64,000 nt of DNA from an uncultured Chloroflexia bacterium (GTDB taxonomy: Bacteria; Chloroflexota; Anaerolineae; Anaerolineales; UBA4823): contig CAVQOI010000006.1 in the NCBI GenBank assembly GCA_963714425.1, positions 6,230 to 70,229 of the forward strand, in the 5' to 3' direction. The notes beneath the pieces were generated by a model that did not search any database, was not told the DNA's origin, and worked only from the letters and a program-made list of their open reading frames with translations. A program made the position numbers and the translations under genes. Positions within the stretch are counted from its first letter, which is position 1, and each line of letters opens with the position of its first letter. This document shows, piece after piece, positions 28,662-38,489 of the stretch.

Positions 28662-29674
28662 GGTATTACCTCCATGTCAAATTGGAATGTCCATAAAAAG
28701 GCTACTAGGTCCCAGGTCTCTGCTTCAGTGAAGATCGGACCCCAGTAGGGCATACCCGTGCCCATCCCGCCACGGATTATCTTGCCCTGGAGATGCGCCG
28801 GGCTGGCGGCGAGCATGTGCTCGGCCTCGGTGAAGTCGGTGGGAGGCTGGCTCATCTCCCCCTGTAGCATGTCGGCGTGCTCGCCACCATCGAGTTCAGC
28901 CACCTCGGCTGCGAAAACCCCATCTCCCTTGCCGCTCTCGCCGTGACAGGCAGAGCAATTTTGTAGGTATAGCATCTTCCCGGCGACCAAAGTCTGTGTG
29001 GGTGCATTCAATTGCCAGGCATAAGCCACCAGGTCCCATAAATCCGCATCGGTTAGTTCATGTGAATTATCCAGGTATCCACCTTTACCCAGATCCTTCC
29101 GGGCATCTTCCGGGCTGTGCGTGCGGTAATAATCTACGCTCAGGTACACTTCTGGGATCTTGATCCCCAAGGCCGCGCCGCGCGCAGCCGACGGGCGACG
29201 TTCAGGCAGATCCTCTGCGTGGTGCTCGGCATCAATATCCAGCCCTAATTGGGCATATAATGGCGCAGGCGGTTCGCTGGCATCTGAGGCCCCGCCTGTA
29301 ACCTCGATCGTGCCACGCATACGCCAGTGGTTAGCCCCACACCAGCGCGTGCAGTAGTACGTGTATTTACCCGGCTGGTCGAATAGCAGTTCGACTTCGC
29401 TGTACTGACCTGGCAAGACGTCCACAGCAGGTTTGTCGCTCTGCCCCAAGGCAAAACCATGAACCACATCGTCGGATGTTAGGATCAACCGCAGAGGCAC
29501 ACCCATCTGGGCGGTCAGGTCGCCGGGTATCCAACCGCCTGCCTCGGGCATGCGGGCGCGCACTACCACGACCTGCGCGCTTGGAAAGAGCCAGTAAAGG
29601 CTCACCGCCAGCGCGATTGAGAGGAGCAATCCCAGGACCAGTATGCGAGCCAGCCGTTCCGAGCGCGTTATCAT
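28658..29674 (-). CDS. CuA-type cupredoxin fused to cytochrome c
   Basis: N-terminal TM, DVVHG + CTRWCGANHWRM (CuA ligand pattern), CSACH heme motif, GMP axial Met; ATG at 29674 right after the upstream stop. Confidence 0.85.
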   Translation of the reverse strand: MITRSERLARILVLGLLLSIALAVSLYWLFPSAQVVVVRARMPEAGGWIPGDLTAQMGVPLRLILTSDDVVHGFALGQSDKPAVDVLPGQYSEVELLFDQPGKYTYYCTRWCGANHWRMRGTIEVTGGASDASEPPAPLYAQLGLDIDAEHHAEDLPERRPSAARGAALGIKIPEVYLSVDYYRTHSPEDARKDLGKGGYLDNSHELTDADLWDLVAYAWQLNAPTQTLVAGKMLYLQNCSACHGESGKGDGVFAAEVAELDGGEHADMLQGEMSQPPTDFTEAEHMLAASPAHLQGKIIRGGMGTGMPYWGPIFTEAETWDLVAFLWTFQFDMEVIP

Positions 29675-29675
29675 C

Positions 29676-31031
29676 TCAAGCCACCAATACCCCCAGCATC
29701 CCGAGTGTAAACCCAAGGCTGAATATTGCCACAGGCAGTGCCAGAAGACGTGCAGGGCGCTCTGGCAGGCTCTCAGAAGCGATCCGGTAGGCTGTGCGCG
29801 CAGACCAGATAAGCCCACCAAGCAATACTGCCACCTGAAGGGCGGGCACAGCACTGCTCAAATAAGGCGTCCAGGTTGCGCCAGACGTGCCCAATAAGTT
29901 CCAGCCCCAGCCCATCGGGTCGGACAAGACAGGCCAGATATAGGAGGCATTGGCAAACACAAAGGAGAGACTGAATGCGATCCAGGCAGAGAGTCCCAGC
30001 GGCACCATGGCGTAGCCAAAACGGATGAAAGCCCTGCGCAGGGGGAGCTGGATGCCTGAAAGTCGCCTTCCCAGCCAGACAGCCAGCCAGAACAAGCCAG
30101 GCAAGATGCCCAAAACAAATAGCACGAACACCAGGGCATAGATCAGCCAGGGCAGGCTGCCTGTTGCATTTGCGGCCATTTTGAGTGCACCCCAAGGACC
30201 GAGCATCATCGCTGAATACAACATGGCTGAGCCAAGCATGATAAAGGCTTTGTAGACCTCATCCAGACTTTGCCCGCGAATTTGATCAAGGTCGGCGCCG
30301 AAAGGCCGTAGCCGGATGGCAACGTTATCATGCGGGCAGGTACGCAAGCACTCCATGCAGGTCCCGCAATATGTGTTCTTCACCAGACCACCCGGGAAGA
30401 CCTGCCAGGGGCAGCCGTAACCATCGGAATTTCCAGTGTAACAAGTTTTCTCTGTATGAGCGGCGCAAATGGCAGTATCGCGCACGCGCACCTCCATAGG
30501 AGCAAGCTGCGAGTACAGTCCGATAAACCCACCTACCGGGCAAAGGTAACGGCAGAAGGCGCGCCGCTCGAAGACAAGGCTGGCGCCAATCGCCAGGAAT
30601 AAGAAAGCTGCCAGCACCACCGCAGAGATCAGCGGCTGGGTAAGCACGGTGATGCTGAAAAGCGCGATCAGCAGGAATCCTGCATTTTGCAGCCAAATAT
30701 TTCGCAGACGGTTCGGCCAGCGCAAACCCAGGCCAATTCCTTTACCTCCGGGTTTCAAGATTGCTCCGCGCTGCAACCACTCACCGGGTACCGGGATCGG
30801 GCAGATGCTGCACCAGCCGCGCCCGAAGAAGGGCACCGCCACCAGGATCAGGATCGCCCACCAAGCAATCCATACGAAGATGATGCTGAAATTGCGGCTG
30901 CCAACCGGCGTTCCGAACACCCCTGAGACAATCGCAACCACAAAACCGCCCAGAGCGACCAATGTGACCAGTAGCTGGGGCCAGCGGTTGCGCAAAATCG
31001 CCATTACGAGAGGGTTGCGGGTGATATCCAT
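29676..31031 (-). CDS. Membrane polyferredoxin (NapH/RdxA/FixG-like 4Fe-4S binding protein)
   Basis: GRGWCSICP, FCRYLCPVG, C-x5-C-x8-CP, CGTCMECLRTCP; multiple TM. Confidence 0.88.
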   Translation of the reverse strand: MDITRNPLVMAILRNRWPQLLVTLVALGGFVVAIVSGVFGTPVGSRNFSIIFVWIAWWAILILVAVPFFGRGWCSICPIPVPGEWLQRGAILKPGGKGIGLGLRWPNRLRNIWLQNAGFLLIALFSITVLTQPLISAVVLAAFLFLAIGASLVFERRAFCRYLCPVGGFIGLYSQLAPMEVRVRDTAICAAHTEKTCYTGNSDGYGCPWQVFPGGLVKNTYCGTCMECLRTCPHDNVAIRLRPFGADLDQIRGQSLDEVYKAFIMLGSAMLYSAMMLGPWGALKMAANATGSLPWLIYALVFVLFVLGILPGLFWLAVWLGRRLSGIQLPLRRAFIRFGYAMVPLGLSAWIAFSLSFVFANASYIWPVLSDPMGWGWNLLGTSGATWTPYLSSAVPALQVAVLLGGLIWSARTAYRIASESLPERPARLLALPVAIFSLGFTLGMLGVLVA

Positions 31032-31035
31032 GCTT

Positions 31036-31512
31036 TCAAGTTCGCTTCGTTGCGAGAGAGAAGACGACAGCTAGGGCTAACAACGCCAGGCTTGCGGAAC
31101 GCCAGATCAGTGTATTACTACCGACCACAAGTTTCCCTGTCATAAACGGATGCAGTGCACCGCAAGTTACCGAGCAGCGCAGTCGGAACGTCCCCGGTTG
31201 GTTGGCAGTGAAGGAAAGGCGCTCTGCCTGGCCTGGATCGGCGGTTTGGCTGAGCCCGTAACCATCGATGTAGATACCATGCACGACATCTGTGGAAATC
31301 AGCTCGATGGTGACCTGGTCTCCTGTGTTCACGTGGATGGTTGCAGGGGAATATTGGTAAGCACTGGCGTGGACACGAAAGGTGCGTTCCTGTGGAGCGA
31401 TCGCACCCGCTGGAGCGGGAGCAAATATGATGATCGCGCCCATCCCTAGCCAGACCAGCCACTGCCAGGGTTTGAGAACCTTGCTAATTCTCGTCGGTGG
31501 GTAAGCGTTCAA
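31036..31512 (-). CDS. Small membrane-anchored CuA-type cupredoxin (COX2-like domain)
   Basis: DVVHG + CSVTCGALHPFM; RBS GGAGG before TTG at 31512. Confidence 0.85.
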   Translation of the reverse strand: MNAYPPTRISKVLKPWQWLVWLGMGAIIIFAPAPAGAIAPQERTFRVHASAYQYSPATIHVNTGDQVTIELISTDVVHGIYIDGYGLSQTADPGQAERLSFTANQPGTFRLRCSVTCGALHPFMTGKLVVGSNTLIWRSASLALLALAVVFSLATKRT

Positions 31513-31622
31513 TACGATCCGCCTCCAGTAAATTATTTGCAAACGTTAATTTTAGACCTTCCCCCTCCCGCCGCCTGCGCTTGTTGCGGCTTACAAGGAG
31601 GCCGGAGAGAGGCCGGGAACAT

Positions 31623-32063
31623 TCAGGGCATATTGGAAGGCCCATATTTGGCGTAGGTCTGATCTACATAGGAGCGTATTTCTGCTACGCTCTTATCCTG
31701 CTTGAGCAGGCGCATTGCGTCTAGGGTTATATCGACACAGATCGAACAGCCCTGGGCGTGCGCGTCGTAGATCGGGGCTCCGTTCGGATCCACGCCCGAG
31801 GCATAACAGGCATAGTTAGACGTGTGCCCCATGGCGCCGCACCCGCAGTAACAGGGGAGTTGCTCGAGCACATCCGGGTTAGCAAAAGCGAACTGGTATG
31901 CCTGCTGGACCGAGACTGGCGCAGACTGGACCTCCGCTGGCATTTCCTCGAGGGAGGCCATCTTTAGTTGCGTTGCGCTGGACGTGTCTTCACCGGAACA
32001 GCCGGCTGCCAGGAGCGTAATGGAAAGCAGGAGTACGAAGACAAGCAATGGTTTTCGTTTCAT
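31623..32063 (-). CDS. PCYCGC motif lipoprotein
   Basis: Lipobox AAGC; PCYCGC, H-x-SN-x2-CY, HAQGCSIC; start may be 32069. Confidence 0.9.
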   Translation of the reverse strand: MKRKPLLVFVLLLSITLLAAGCSGEDTSSATQLKMASLEEMPAEVQSAPVSVQQAYQFAFANPDVLEQLPCYCGCGAMGHTSNYACYASGVDPNGAPIYDAHAQGCSICVDITLDAMRLLKQDKSVAEIRSYVDQTYAKYGPSNMP

Positions 32064-32156
32064 GGGCATTGGCATTCCTGAGTGAGTGAATGTAACCGCC
32101 ATTGTTAGACATTATAAAGGTGTGTATTTGTGACAGATAGCGCAATCTGCCGGGTG

Positions 32157-32184
32157 GGGGTATAGGCATTAATGCCTATACCCC
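32157..32184. promoter_or_regulatory. Perfect 28-bp palindrome in the divergent promoter region; probable operator
   Basis: ggggtataggcatt|aatgcctatacccc. Confidence 0.65.
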
Positions 32185-32254
32185 AAAAGGTAACACTGCC
32201 CATGCCGGGTGTTTGACGTGCCAGTATGATCCTTCCTGAAGGGAGGAAGGGAGT

Positions 32255-32770
32255 ATGAAAACCGCATTGATTTTGCTTCTGGCTGGGATGTTGTTGGCTG
32301 CATGCGGATTGCCTGTCTGGGGTATGCGCCGTCCTGATCCCCAAGGGTCGAATGCGTGGTTTGGGCAAAAGCATGACTCAGACGGTGAGCAAATCTATCT
32401 CACTGCCACCAACCAGCAGGGTGAGAGCATCCCATACACAGGTGGACCGGGCTCTGGTGGCATGATGCAATCGCGGTTGGCTTGCGTCTCCTGTCACGGG
32501 AAGGGCGGCAAGGGCGGGGAGCATTGGATGCACATGGATTATATGAAAGCGCCGGAGATCCGCTGGCAAGCTTTGAACAATGAGGAACGGGATGAGCATG
32601 AGGGATTGGAAGGGGACGCTCACGAGGGCTATACGCTGGAGATGTTCCGCCAGGCCGTGGTCGATGGGCAGCATCCGGATGGGGAAGCCCTCGATTGGGA
32701 TATGCCCCGCTGGCAGTTGGCAGATGGTGACCTAGAGGACTTGTTCGAGTATTTGAAGACCCTGCCATAG
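32255..32770 (+). CDS. Monoheme cytochrome c lipoprotein
   Basis: Lipobox LAAC, CVSCH, DMPRW; His/Glu-rich loop. Confidence 0.85.
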   Translation: MKTALILLLAGMLLAACGLPVWGMRRPDPQGSNAWFGQKHDSDGEQIYLTATNQQGESIPYTGGPGSGGMMQSRLACVSCHGKGGKGGEHWMHMDYMKAPEIRWQALNNEERDEHEGLEGDAHEGYTLEMFRQAVVDGQHPDGEALDWDMPRWQLADGDLEDLFEYLKTLP

Positions 32771-32803
32771 CTCTAGCGCTGCAAATTCATAAACTCTACT
32801 TCG

Positions 32804-32825
32804 ATTCTTCACAGATTCTTCACAG
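32804..32825 (+). promoter_or_regulatory. 11-bp tandem direct repeat, OmpR-family-like site
   Basis: attcttcacag x2 upstream of 32901. Confidence 0.5.
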
Positions 32826-32900
32826 GCGTTTGGTATCGTTGGAGTATAGACACTTGTTCAAGGTGATTCGACGAAGACCTCGAGGTATAGGAGCTATCGA

Positions 32901-33272
32901 ATGAAAGCAACGACGATCTGGATCATTGCCGTCATCCTGATCTTGGCAATCTTCCTGTTCTTACCGGGTATCCTGAGGCTTGCTGGATTAGGATGGTACG
33001 GAGACATGATGGGAGGCCGCGGGATGATGGGGGGCGGATTTGGTTACTTTTCCCCACTTGGTTTCATCGGGATGGGGGTGATGGCTTTACTGCCGGTGGC
33101 TCTGATTGTGCTGCTGGTACTGGGTGGTGTAGCTTTGATGAATAGCCTCTCGGGATCAGGACGCCCTGTACCTCCTCCGACGGCGGCTACCGGGCGAAGC
33201 TGTCCGAGTTGCGGCAAGCCTGCTCAGGTGGATTGGAACACCTGCCCTTATTGTAGCTCTACGCTAATCTAA
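32901..33272 (+). CDS. Membrane protein with Met/Gly-rich loop and C-terminal zinc ribbon
   Basis: MMGGRGMMGGG, CPSCG...CPYC; RBS AGGAG. Confidence 0.8.
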   Translation: MKATTIWIIAVILILAIFLFLPGILRLAGLGWYGDMMGGRGMMGGGFGYFSPLGFIGMGVMALLPVALIVLLVLGGVALMNSLSGSGRPVPPPTAATGRSCPSCGKPAQVDWNTCPYCSSTLI

Positions 33273-33290
33273 TTCGCTCCCCTTCATACA

Positions 33291-34112
33291 TTAACCATTA
33301 AGAAATTGGCTCGCATCTACCCCAAAACGCTCGCATAGCTCCTGGATTTGCTCATCGGTCAACCCGCCGACGGGTGAGCCCAGGTGCAGGTTCTCTACCT
33401 CGTAGCGCGCTGCAGTCTCTGCGTACTCTACCAGGTCGGCGGCGTGCCTCGCGCTCAGGTGGCTGCGCGCCACAACCCCGTGCTTTTGCCAGACAACCAG
33501 TCGGTGTTTTGTGAGCCCGGCGACGGTTGCTTCCATCAACCCTGCCGAGCCAGTGATCTGGTAGGGGATCATGCCAATCCCTTCCGGAAAGACGACCAGT
33601 GTCTCAGGCTGCCAGCGCACCAGGCGGTGGTTCAGCCCGGGAGTGGTAGCATAACCTGGGTGGTGGCTGAGGTATGTCAGGCAGAACGGTTGGGCGTGGA
33701 CCAGGGCATGATATGCGACCCCCAGGCGTGCAACTTGGTCGGCGTGTTCCGCCAGGTGCGAGTTGAGCTCGCTTGTGGGCTGGATCTCTGAGGCGCTATA
33801 GCGCAGTGCCCGCTCGCCACTTGCTAAAATGTGCAAGACCACCAGAGCCTTTTCCGGCTGGCGGGTCACGTCGCGCAGGCGCTGCCCGCTTCCCGTCACG
33901 ACAACCCAGCCGCCCGATAGTGCCGGGACGCGAAGCGGTAAGGAGAGCTCCTCGCGCTCGACGAAGCGACCGTCAAGGTTTGCCAAAGCGCGGGCGAATA
34001 CGGAGATGTTGCCGGCAGCGCCCTCGGCAGCCCCAAGCTGGGTGAGCTGCATGCCGCACTCGCCGATGTCGCTGGCGATCAGGTCGAAGTCAAGTGCATG
34101 GGTGGTCGTCAT
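33291..34112 (-). CDS. Class II aldolase, rhamnulose-1-phosphate aldolase-like
   Basis: GNIS, VTGSG, PTSELNSH, HAQP, WQKHG. Confidence 0.82.
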   Translation of the reverse strand: MTTTHALDFDLIASDIGECGMQLTQLGAAEGAAGNISVFARALANLDGRFVEREELSLPLRVPALSGGWVVVTGSGQRLRDVTRQPEKALVVLHILASGERALRYSASEIQPTSELNSHLAEHADQVARLGVAYHALVHAQPFCLTYLSHHPGYATTPGLNHRLVRWQPETLVVFPEGIGMIPYQITGSAGLMEATVAGLTKHRLVVWQKHGVVARSHLSARHAADLVEYAETAARYEVENLHLGSPVGGLTDEQIQELCERFGVDASQFLNG

Positions 34113-34320
34113 GAGCGGGTTCCCCAAAGATTATACATTCCGAGTCCGAACTCCTATTATCTTGCCCAATATGCCAGTCTGTCAAGCACTTGAGTGCTCG
34201 CATTGTTGGGTCTGAGCGCTGGAAATCAACCGATATTTAGTGTATTCTAGTGATGGTACTACCTGAGGGCGCTTCTTGACCTTTCCGGTAGAACGGATCA
34301 TCGTAAAGGAGCGTGGAGAA

Positions 34321-35931
34321 ATGCAACGAACGCACATGCTGCGACTGGGGGCTGTTGCTTTTGCCCTGGCATGGTGTTTCGACCAGCTATTCTGGCAGAA
34401 GCAGCCAGGGATATCTTTTTTGATCTTCGTCCTGCTCTGCCTGGGGGTGGGGTATTCCCTCACCTGGGGCGAGAAGCTGCGCCCTGCACCGCCAGGCCTG
34501 CTCCTGCTGATCCCCATCCTGTTCTTTGCCGGGATGAGCGCCTGGCGCCAGGAGCCCTTTAGCCTGCTGCTCGATTACGGACTAACGCTGGGTTGCATGG
34601 CGATTCTTTCGTTCACCTGGCTGGGCGGCAGTTGGTGGCGCTACAATGTGGGCGATTACGTTCTTAACGCTCTGCGCTGGATTGGGGATATGCTGGTCAG
34701 GCCGGTTCGGATCTTTGCGCCAGAGAAAGAGAATCCGGATAGCGATCCCGAACGAGATATTGCCTCAAGTGCTATGTCAGGGGTAGGGTTGAGACGCAGG
34801 CGATGGCGAACGGTTCTCTCAGTGCTTCTGGGTTTGCTGCTGGCTTTTCCGGTGGTCGTCTTGTTGGCCTCGCTTCTGGCGCAGGCAGACCCGATTTTCG
34901 ATAAGCAGCTGGCGAATTTGCTAAAGCTGATCGACCTGGAGAAGCTGGACGAATACATGTTTCGCCTGTTTTATATCTCCATCGCTGCATATCTGCTCAG
35001 TGGGGTATTCCTGCACGCACTGCTGTCCAGCGAGGATGAGAGGGTGAGCGCAGGTGACAAGGCCTGGTTGCCGCCCTTCGTGGGGTGGGTGATATCTGCC
35101 ACCCTGCTCGCTTGCGTGGACCTGCTCTACGCTTTCTTCGTCCTCGTGCAGTTCCGCTATTTCTTCGGCGGGCAAGCCAACATCCACCTGGAAGGCTTCA
35201 CCTATTCTGAATATGCCCGGCGCGGATTTGGCGAGCTGGTGGCAGTTGCAGTGATCAGCTTGCTGCTCTTGCTGTTGATGAACGCCGTCACCCGCCGGGA
35301 GAGCAGCCGCTCACGCTGGACATTCTCTGTGCTGGGGATCGTACTGGTCTCGCTGGTGGCTGTCATCCTGGTCTCAGCTTTTCAACGCCTGTTGCTCTAT
35401 GAAGCGGCCTATGGCTTTACGCGCCTGCGCGCTTATACGCACGTCTTTATGATCTGGGTGGGGGTGCTCCTGCTTTTAACCGCCGCGCTGGAAGCTGCGG
35501 GACGTATGCGACATTTCGCCCTGGTGGCTGTGCTGGCAGGGCTGGGCTTCGGTGCCAGCTTAAATCTTCTCAATGTTGATAGCTTTATCGTACGCCAAAA
35601 TGTACAACGAGTCGTTCAGGGTACGGAACTGGACCGCGCCTACCTGGTAAGTTTGTCGGATGACGCCGTTCCGGCGCTATACGCGGCGTTCGATGCGCCT
35701 GCCCTTACGCAGCACGTTCGCGACCAGCTCGGAGCCGCACTGGCATGCCGGGCCACGATTCAGCAAAAGGACGATAAGGGTCCTCCCTGGCCATCGTTCA
35801 ACTGGTCCACCCATAGGGCGCTTCGGCTATCCATGGCACATCAAGACCAATTGGTCGCTTACCCGGTGCGACGTGTCAACGGGGTCTGGAAAGTGAAGGT
35901 CAACGGCCTCGAGCTCAGTTGTCTGGACTAA
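34321..35931 (+). CDS. DUF4153/DUF4173-like membrane protein
   Basis: ADPIF, VQFRYFFGG, YSEYARRGFGEL, YGFTRLR, YLVSLSDDAVP. Confidence 0.82.
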   Translation: MQRTHMLRLGAVAFALAWCFDQLFWQKQPGISFLIFVLLCLGVGYSLTWGEKLRPAPPGLLLLIPILFFAGMSAWRQEPFSLLLDYGLTLGCMAILSFTWLGGSWWRYNVGDYVLNALRWIGDMLVRPVRIFAPEKENPDSDPERDIASSAMSGVGLRRRRWRTVLSVLLGLLLAFPVVVLLASLLAQADPIFDKQLANLLKLIDLEKLDEYMFRLFYISIAAYLLSGVFLHALLSSEDERVSAGDKAWLPPFVGWVISATLLACVDLLYAFFVLVQFRYFFGGQANIHLEGFTYSEYARRGFGELVAVAVISLLLLLLMNAVTRRESSRSRWTFSVLGIVLVSLVAVILVSAFQRLLLYEAAYGFTRLRAYTHVFMIWVGVLLLLTAALEAAGRMRHFALVAVLAGLGFGASLNLLNVDSFIVRQNVQRVVQGTELDRAYLVSLSDDAVPALYAAFDAPALTQHVRDQLGAALACRATIQQKDDKGPPWPSFNWSTHRALRLSMAHQDQLVAYPVRRVNGVWKVKVNGLELSCLD

Positions 35932-36788
35932 GTTTTTTGTTTCGACCTGCTTGTCTCCATATAAATGAACAAGCCCGCCATACCCAGCAGCACCACCGCC
36001 ACGCTGATGAGATACCAGTTGAACGGGTAGCCCTGGGTGAAATCTCCCGGGCTGAGCGCCGCCCCCAGCAAAACCAGGGCGTGCCACAGGCCGATGCTCC
36101 CCAGCCCCACGCGCCAGGCGCTCCAGCGTGATTCGCGCCCGATGGCGACCCCGCCTGTCCCTAAGAGAGCCAGCCAGCCGCCCATGATGCGCGCCGTCAG
36201 TGGGGTGAGCGCCCAGGGCCAAATCGCCTGCAGGAATGCGGGGGCGACGAATGCCCCCACTGCGAAGCCCAGCAATACAACTCCCAGCCCCCCTAGCGCC
36301 AGCCTGGCGATGCGTGGCACGACCAGATCGTCCGCTTCGGGCGCCCCAGAGTCCGTGACACGGTTGTTCCAGCCTAACCACGGTACCAGAAACGGGGTGA
36401 TCACATACAGGACCAGCCACAGTTGGAAGGGGAAGTGGCGGATATCGAAGCGGCTCCAATGCAGCCCGGTCGCCAGCAGCATGCCAACGGTGAAAGCGGT
36501 CACCGGAGGGAATCCGGGAGCGACGCGGTGCCAGCGCCGCCCAAAAATGACATTTACAAAAAGGAACGCCCCACCCAGGTATCCGGCCCCGATGAAACGC
36601 GCCATCATGTGCGGCTTGATCTCCCAGGCAAAGCGCTGCCCGGATTGGTCGGGGGTCAGGTACAAGATGATAAAAGCCAGTACCAGGACTGGCACCACCA
36701 GCGCCGCCACCAGGCGCGTGAGGGGGAAGATGCGGTCATCTTTGGAACTTTTGGCGATGTTGGTGTAGGGGATGTCGGTCTTTGTCAC
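35928..36788 (-). CDS. Polytopic membrane protein with two internal repeats
   Basis: FAWEIKP..ARFIG / WPWALTPLTARIMG repeats; RBS GGAGG before GTG at 36788. Confidence 0.75.
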   Translation of the reverse strand: MTKTDIPYTNIAKSSKDDRIFPLTRLVAALVVPVLVLAFIILYLTPDQSGQRFAWEIKPHMMARFIGAGYLGGAFLFVNVIFGRRWHRVAPGFPPVTAFTVGMLLATGLHWSRFDIRHFPFQLWLVLYVITPFLVPWLGWNNRVTDSGAPEADDLVVPRIARLALGGLGVVLLGFAVGAFVAPAFLQAIWPWALTPLTARIMGGWLALLGTGGVAIGRESRWSAWRVGLGSIGLWHALVLLGAALSPGDFTQGYPFNWYLISVAVVLLGMAGLFIYMETSRSKQKT

Positions 36789-37014
36789 GTTTCTTGCCTC
36801 CCTAATGAGAAAATTGCCTCCATGGCCCAACTTGATAGGTCGCGATTACGTGCTAATCGGGGTTATAGGGTCTAAATTCCCGTAGTTGGTTATAACGTAA
36901 AAGCGGGTAAAACGCAACCGGCAATTGCTGGGTTCTGCCGCCGTCCTGGTTGGATTGCTTAAACATTCAAAGATTAGGTCTTGACACATTCCTGTATGGG
37001 AATATAATATACCC

Positions 37015-37350
37015 ATGGCGCGCACCCCAACTACCCATGACCCGTTCAACGCCGTGGCTGAGCCCAAGAGACGGCAGATCCTTGATTTGCTGGGCACGCG
37101 TGAACTCTCCGTCAATGAGATCGTGGATGAAATTGGCTGGACCCAGCCGATGGTATCGAAGCACCTCGGGGTGTTGAAGCAGGTCGGTTTGGTGAGCGAG
37201 CGGCGGGTGGGGCGTCAAAGGTTGTATCGGGTCGATGCGGAGCAGCTCAAGCCCATCTATGACTGGGTCGCTCCGTTTGAACAATACTGGAGCGAGCGAT
37301 TTGATCAACTCGACGAAGTTTTACAGGTACTTCAAAAAAAGGAGAAATAG
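37015..37350 (+). CDS. ArsR/SmtB family regulator
   Basis: [28 protein letters not shown]; TATAAT just upstream of ATG. Confidence 0.92.
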   Translation: MARTPTTHDPFNAVAEPKRRQILDLLGTRELSVNEIVDEIGWTQPMVSKHLGVLKQVGLVSERRVGRQRLYRVDAEQLKPIYDWVAPFEQYWSERFDQLDEVLQVLQKKEK

Positions 37351-37351
37351 C

Positions 37352-37852
37352 ATGTCGGCAAACAAGAATCCGGTAACTATGGTCGCTGAGCCCGAAAAAC
37401 AGGAAGTCTTCATCAGCAGGGAGTTCGATGCGCCCCGCCAGCTTGTTTTCAAGGCGCATATTGACCCGGACCTTTATGTCCAGTGGCTGGGCCCGCATGG
37501 ATACGAGATGCTGCTTGAAACATTTGAGCCCTACAGCGGCGGCAGGTATCGTTATATCCACAAGGATAAAGAGGGAAACGAATACGGCTTTCATGGCGTG
37601 TTCCATGAAATCTCTGAAGAGCTGATGATCCAGACATTTGAGTTTGAAGGCCTCCCCGAAAAGGGACACGTAGCCCTCGATACCATGCGCCTCGAGCAGC
37701 TGCCAGGAGACAGGACCCGCGTCACGATTCAATCCGTATTTCAGTCTGTTGCGGATCGGGATGGCATGATCGAGTCTGGGATGGAGCGCGGCGTCCACGA
37801 GGGCTACGAGCGTCTCGATGAGATATTAGCAAAGATCGAAAGCAGAATGTAA
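37352..37852 (+). CDS. SRPBCC/AHSA1 family protein
   Basis: [29 protein letters not shown]; typical ArsR-SRPBCC pair. Confidence 0.9.
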   Translation: MSANKNPVTMVAEPEKQEVFISREFDAPRQLVFKAHIDPDLYVQWLGPHGYEMLLETFEPYSGGRYRYIHKDKEGNEYGFHGVFHEISEELMIQTFEFEGLPEKGHVALDTMRLEQLPGDRTRVTIQSVFQSVADRDGMIESGMERGVHEGYERLDEILAKIESRM

Positions 37853-37861
37853 TCCAAGGGC

Positions 37862-37895
37862 GTATTGCCGGGCGGGCTTTGTCCGCCCGCAATAC
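37862..37895. repeat. Hairpin (REP-like or terminator)
   Basis: gtattgc..gcggg...ccgcccgcaatac. Confidence 0.45.
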
Positions 37896-37967
37896 CCACA
37901 TACCAACCATCTAACCTTCAACAGTGCAAAAACGGGGGACAAAGCCTGCCTCTAGAGAGAGATTTGC

Positions 37968-38036
37968 TTGACAATTCCAATAGTATCGTATACAATACAA
38001 CAAAGATACAATAGTACAATAAAACAATCGTACAAT
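37968..38036 (+). promoter_or_regulatory. gntR promoter with an 8-bp-periodic operator array
   Basis: TTGACA-17-TACAAT; WACAAW units at 37991, 37999, 38007, 38015, 38023, 38031. Confidence 0.75.
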
Positions 38037-38050
38037 CTGGAGGTACTCTA

Positions 38051-38476
38051 ATCAACAACCTCTCCGGGCGCATCCGGGTCGACTTCCGCTCCGACGAGCC
38101 GCTCTTCATGCAAATTGCCAGGCAGGTGCAAGGACTGGTTCTCAGCGGTGAGCTCAAAGTAGGCGACCAGCTCCCCACAGTTCGCGAGCTGGCCACCGAG
38201 CTGCGCATCAACTTCAACACCGTCGCACGAGCCTACCGCACCCTGGATGAAACCCGGCTCATCTCAACCCAGCGCGGGCGAGGCACCTACATTTGGGAGG
38301 CACCCACAACCGAGGGTGTGGACGGCATGCGCCAGAAGAGCCTGCAAGCCCTGTCGAAGAATTATCTCGCCAGAGCCACGCAGCTGGGATTCGCCCCCGA
38401 GCAGATTGAGGCAGCGTTGAAGGCGCTCCTTCGAGAAGGGTACGACAACGACCAGGTCAGGACCGAAGACAAGTAG
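38051..38476 (+). CDS. GntR (YtrA-like) regulator
   Basis: VDFRSDEPLFMQI, LPTVRELA, NTVARAY, RGRGTY; homology extends upstream of ATG 38108 to an ATC preceded by GGAGGT. Confidence 0.88.
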   Translation: MNNLSGRIRVDFRSDEPLFMQIARQVQGLVLSGELKVGDQLPTVRELATELRINFNTVARAYRTLDETRLISTQRGRGTYIWEAPTTEGVDGMRQKSLQALSKNYLARATQLGFAPEQIEAALKALLREGYDNDQVRTEDK

Positions 38477-38489
38477 ATTGTGAGGAGCC

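Noticed and set aside
24721-32063. Other TGA stops in the operon as Sec codons
   Set aside because: They end complete domains and mostly overlap or abut the next start (ATGA coupling); no continued homologous frame.
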